Assembly: GCA_020536535.1 (NCBI GenBank)
Contig: JAHLWZ010000557.1
Location: 1 to 38,778 of the forward strand
Length of the DNA: 38,778 bases
From: Pelomyxa schiedti
Taxonomy: Eukaryota > Protista > Evosea
Direction of reading: 5' to 3'
Position numbers and translations under genes: made by a program. Shown here piece by piece: positions 38,390 to 38,778 of this stretch (position 1 is its first letter; every line of letters starts with the position of its first letter). The notes below the pieces were generated by a model. It saw only the letters and a program-made list of their open reading frames with translations, was not told the origin of the DNA and ran no database searches.

Positions 38390-38778
38390 TCACCAGAGAG
38401 ACACAACACTGGAGATTGCCAGTGATCTTGTTCTGATCCCACCACAAGGGTGCGTGCGCATTCTCACAACAACAAAGTTGGAGTGATGAACGTGAGTGAC
38501 AATCACCTCGTTGTCTGGTGGTGATGATGATGATGGAGACTCTGTGAAGATGAACCCTGACGATGCAAACACACGGTCGTGGATTGATCTGTGTGGAACA
38601 ACGTAAAGTGGGCCCTGTTCTGTGTTGTTGCAGTCCCATATCTCGTGCTTGCTCTCGTTCGCAAACGTGACACAGAACAGCGACGAGTTCACGAGTGACA
38701 GATGATTCTCATTTGGCATGTTGAGCACCAGTTTGGCATTTTTCAACCTCGCACCCTCCTCGTGCATTTTGACATAAT
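38390..38778 (-). CDS. DAR[SE]QF-family copy 5, 3' part only (runs off the window)
   Basis: The C-terminal cassette is identical to copy 4 over about 290 nt. Upstream of it the sequence is a third variant (HEEGARLKNAKLVLNM). Confidence 0.85.
   Translation of the reverse strand, partial: YVKMHEEGARLKNAKLVLNMPNENHLSLVNSSLFCVTFANESKHEIWDCNNTEQGPLYVVPHRSIHDRVFASSGFIFTESPSSSSPPDNEVIVTHVHHSNFVVVRMRTHPCGGIRTRSLAISSVVSLW

Overview
Eukaryotic, gene-dense window with many very short (about 36-60 nt) GT-AG introns and a 100-N scaffold gap at 3914-4013. The gene set and style suggest an amoebozoan. The 'DAR[SE]QF' gene family recalls the archamoeba Pelomyxa, but that is from memory and unverified. A ~33 kb core holds spliced genes: a DH-PH RhoGEF, a BLM/Sgs1-type RecQ helicase, an LRR-pseudokinase-ARM protein, a PH protein, SF3B4, a WWE-like unknown, a putative papain-fold Cys protease, choline-phosphate cytidylyltransferase, RACK1, a PAN-like/fascin-like protein, a Kelch-F-box-Ras-CAAX fusion, a secreted GH43-CBM42 glycosidase and a RING-B-box protein. 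Both ends carry minus-strand clusters of an intron-poor multicopy family: five members, four sharing a near-constant C-terminal ~105 aa. These show mosaic (gene-conversion-like) variation, an excess of amino-acid-changing differences in the middle region, and a possible 42-nt intron fusing two members. The strongest candidates for new biology are (1) the Kelch-F-box-atypical Ras protein and (2) the diversifying multicopy family. All exon structures were inferred by eye and need RNA-seq confirmation.
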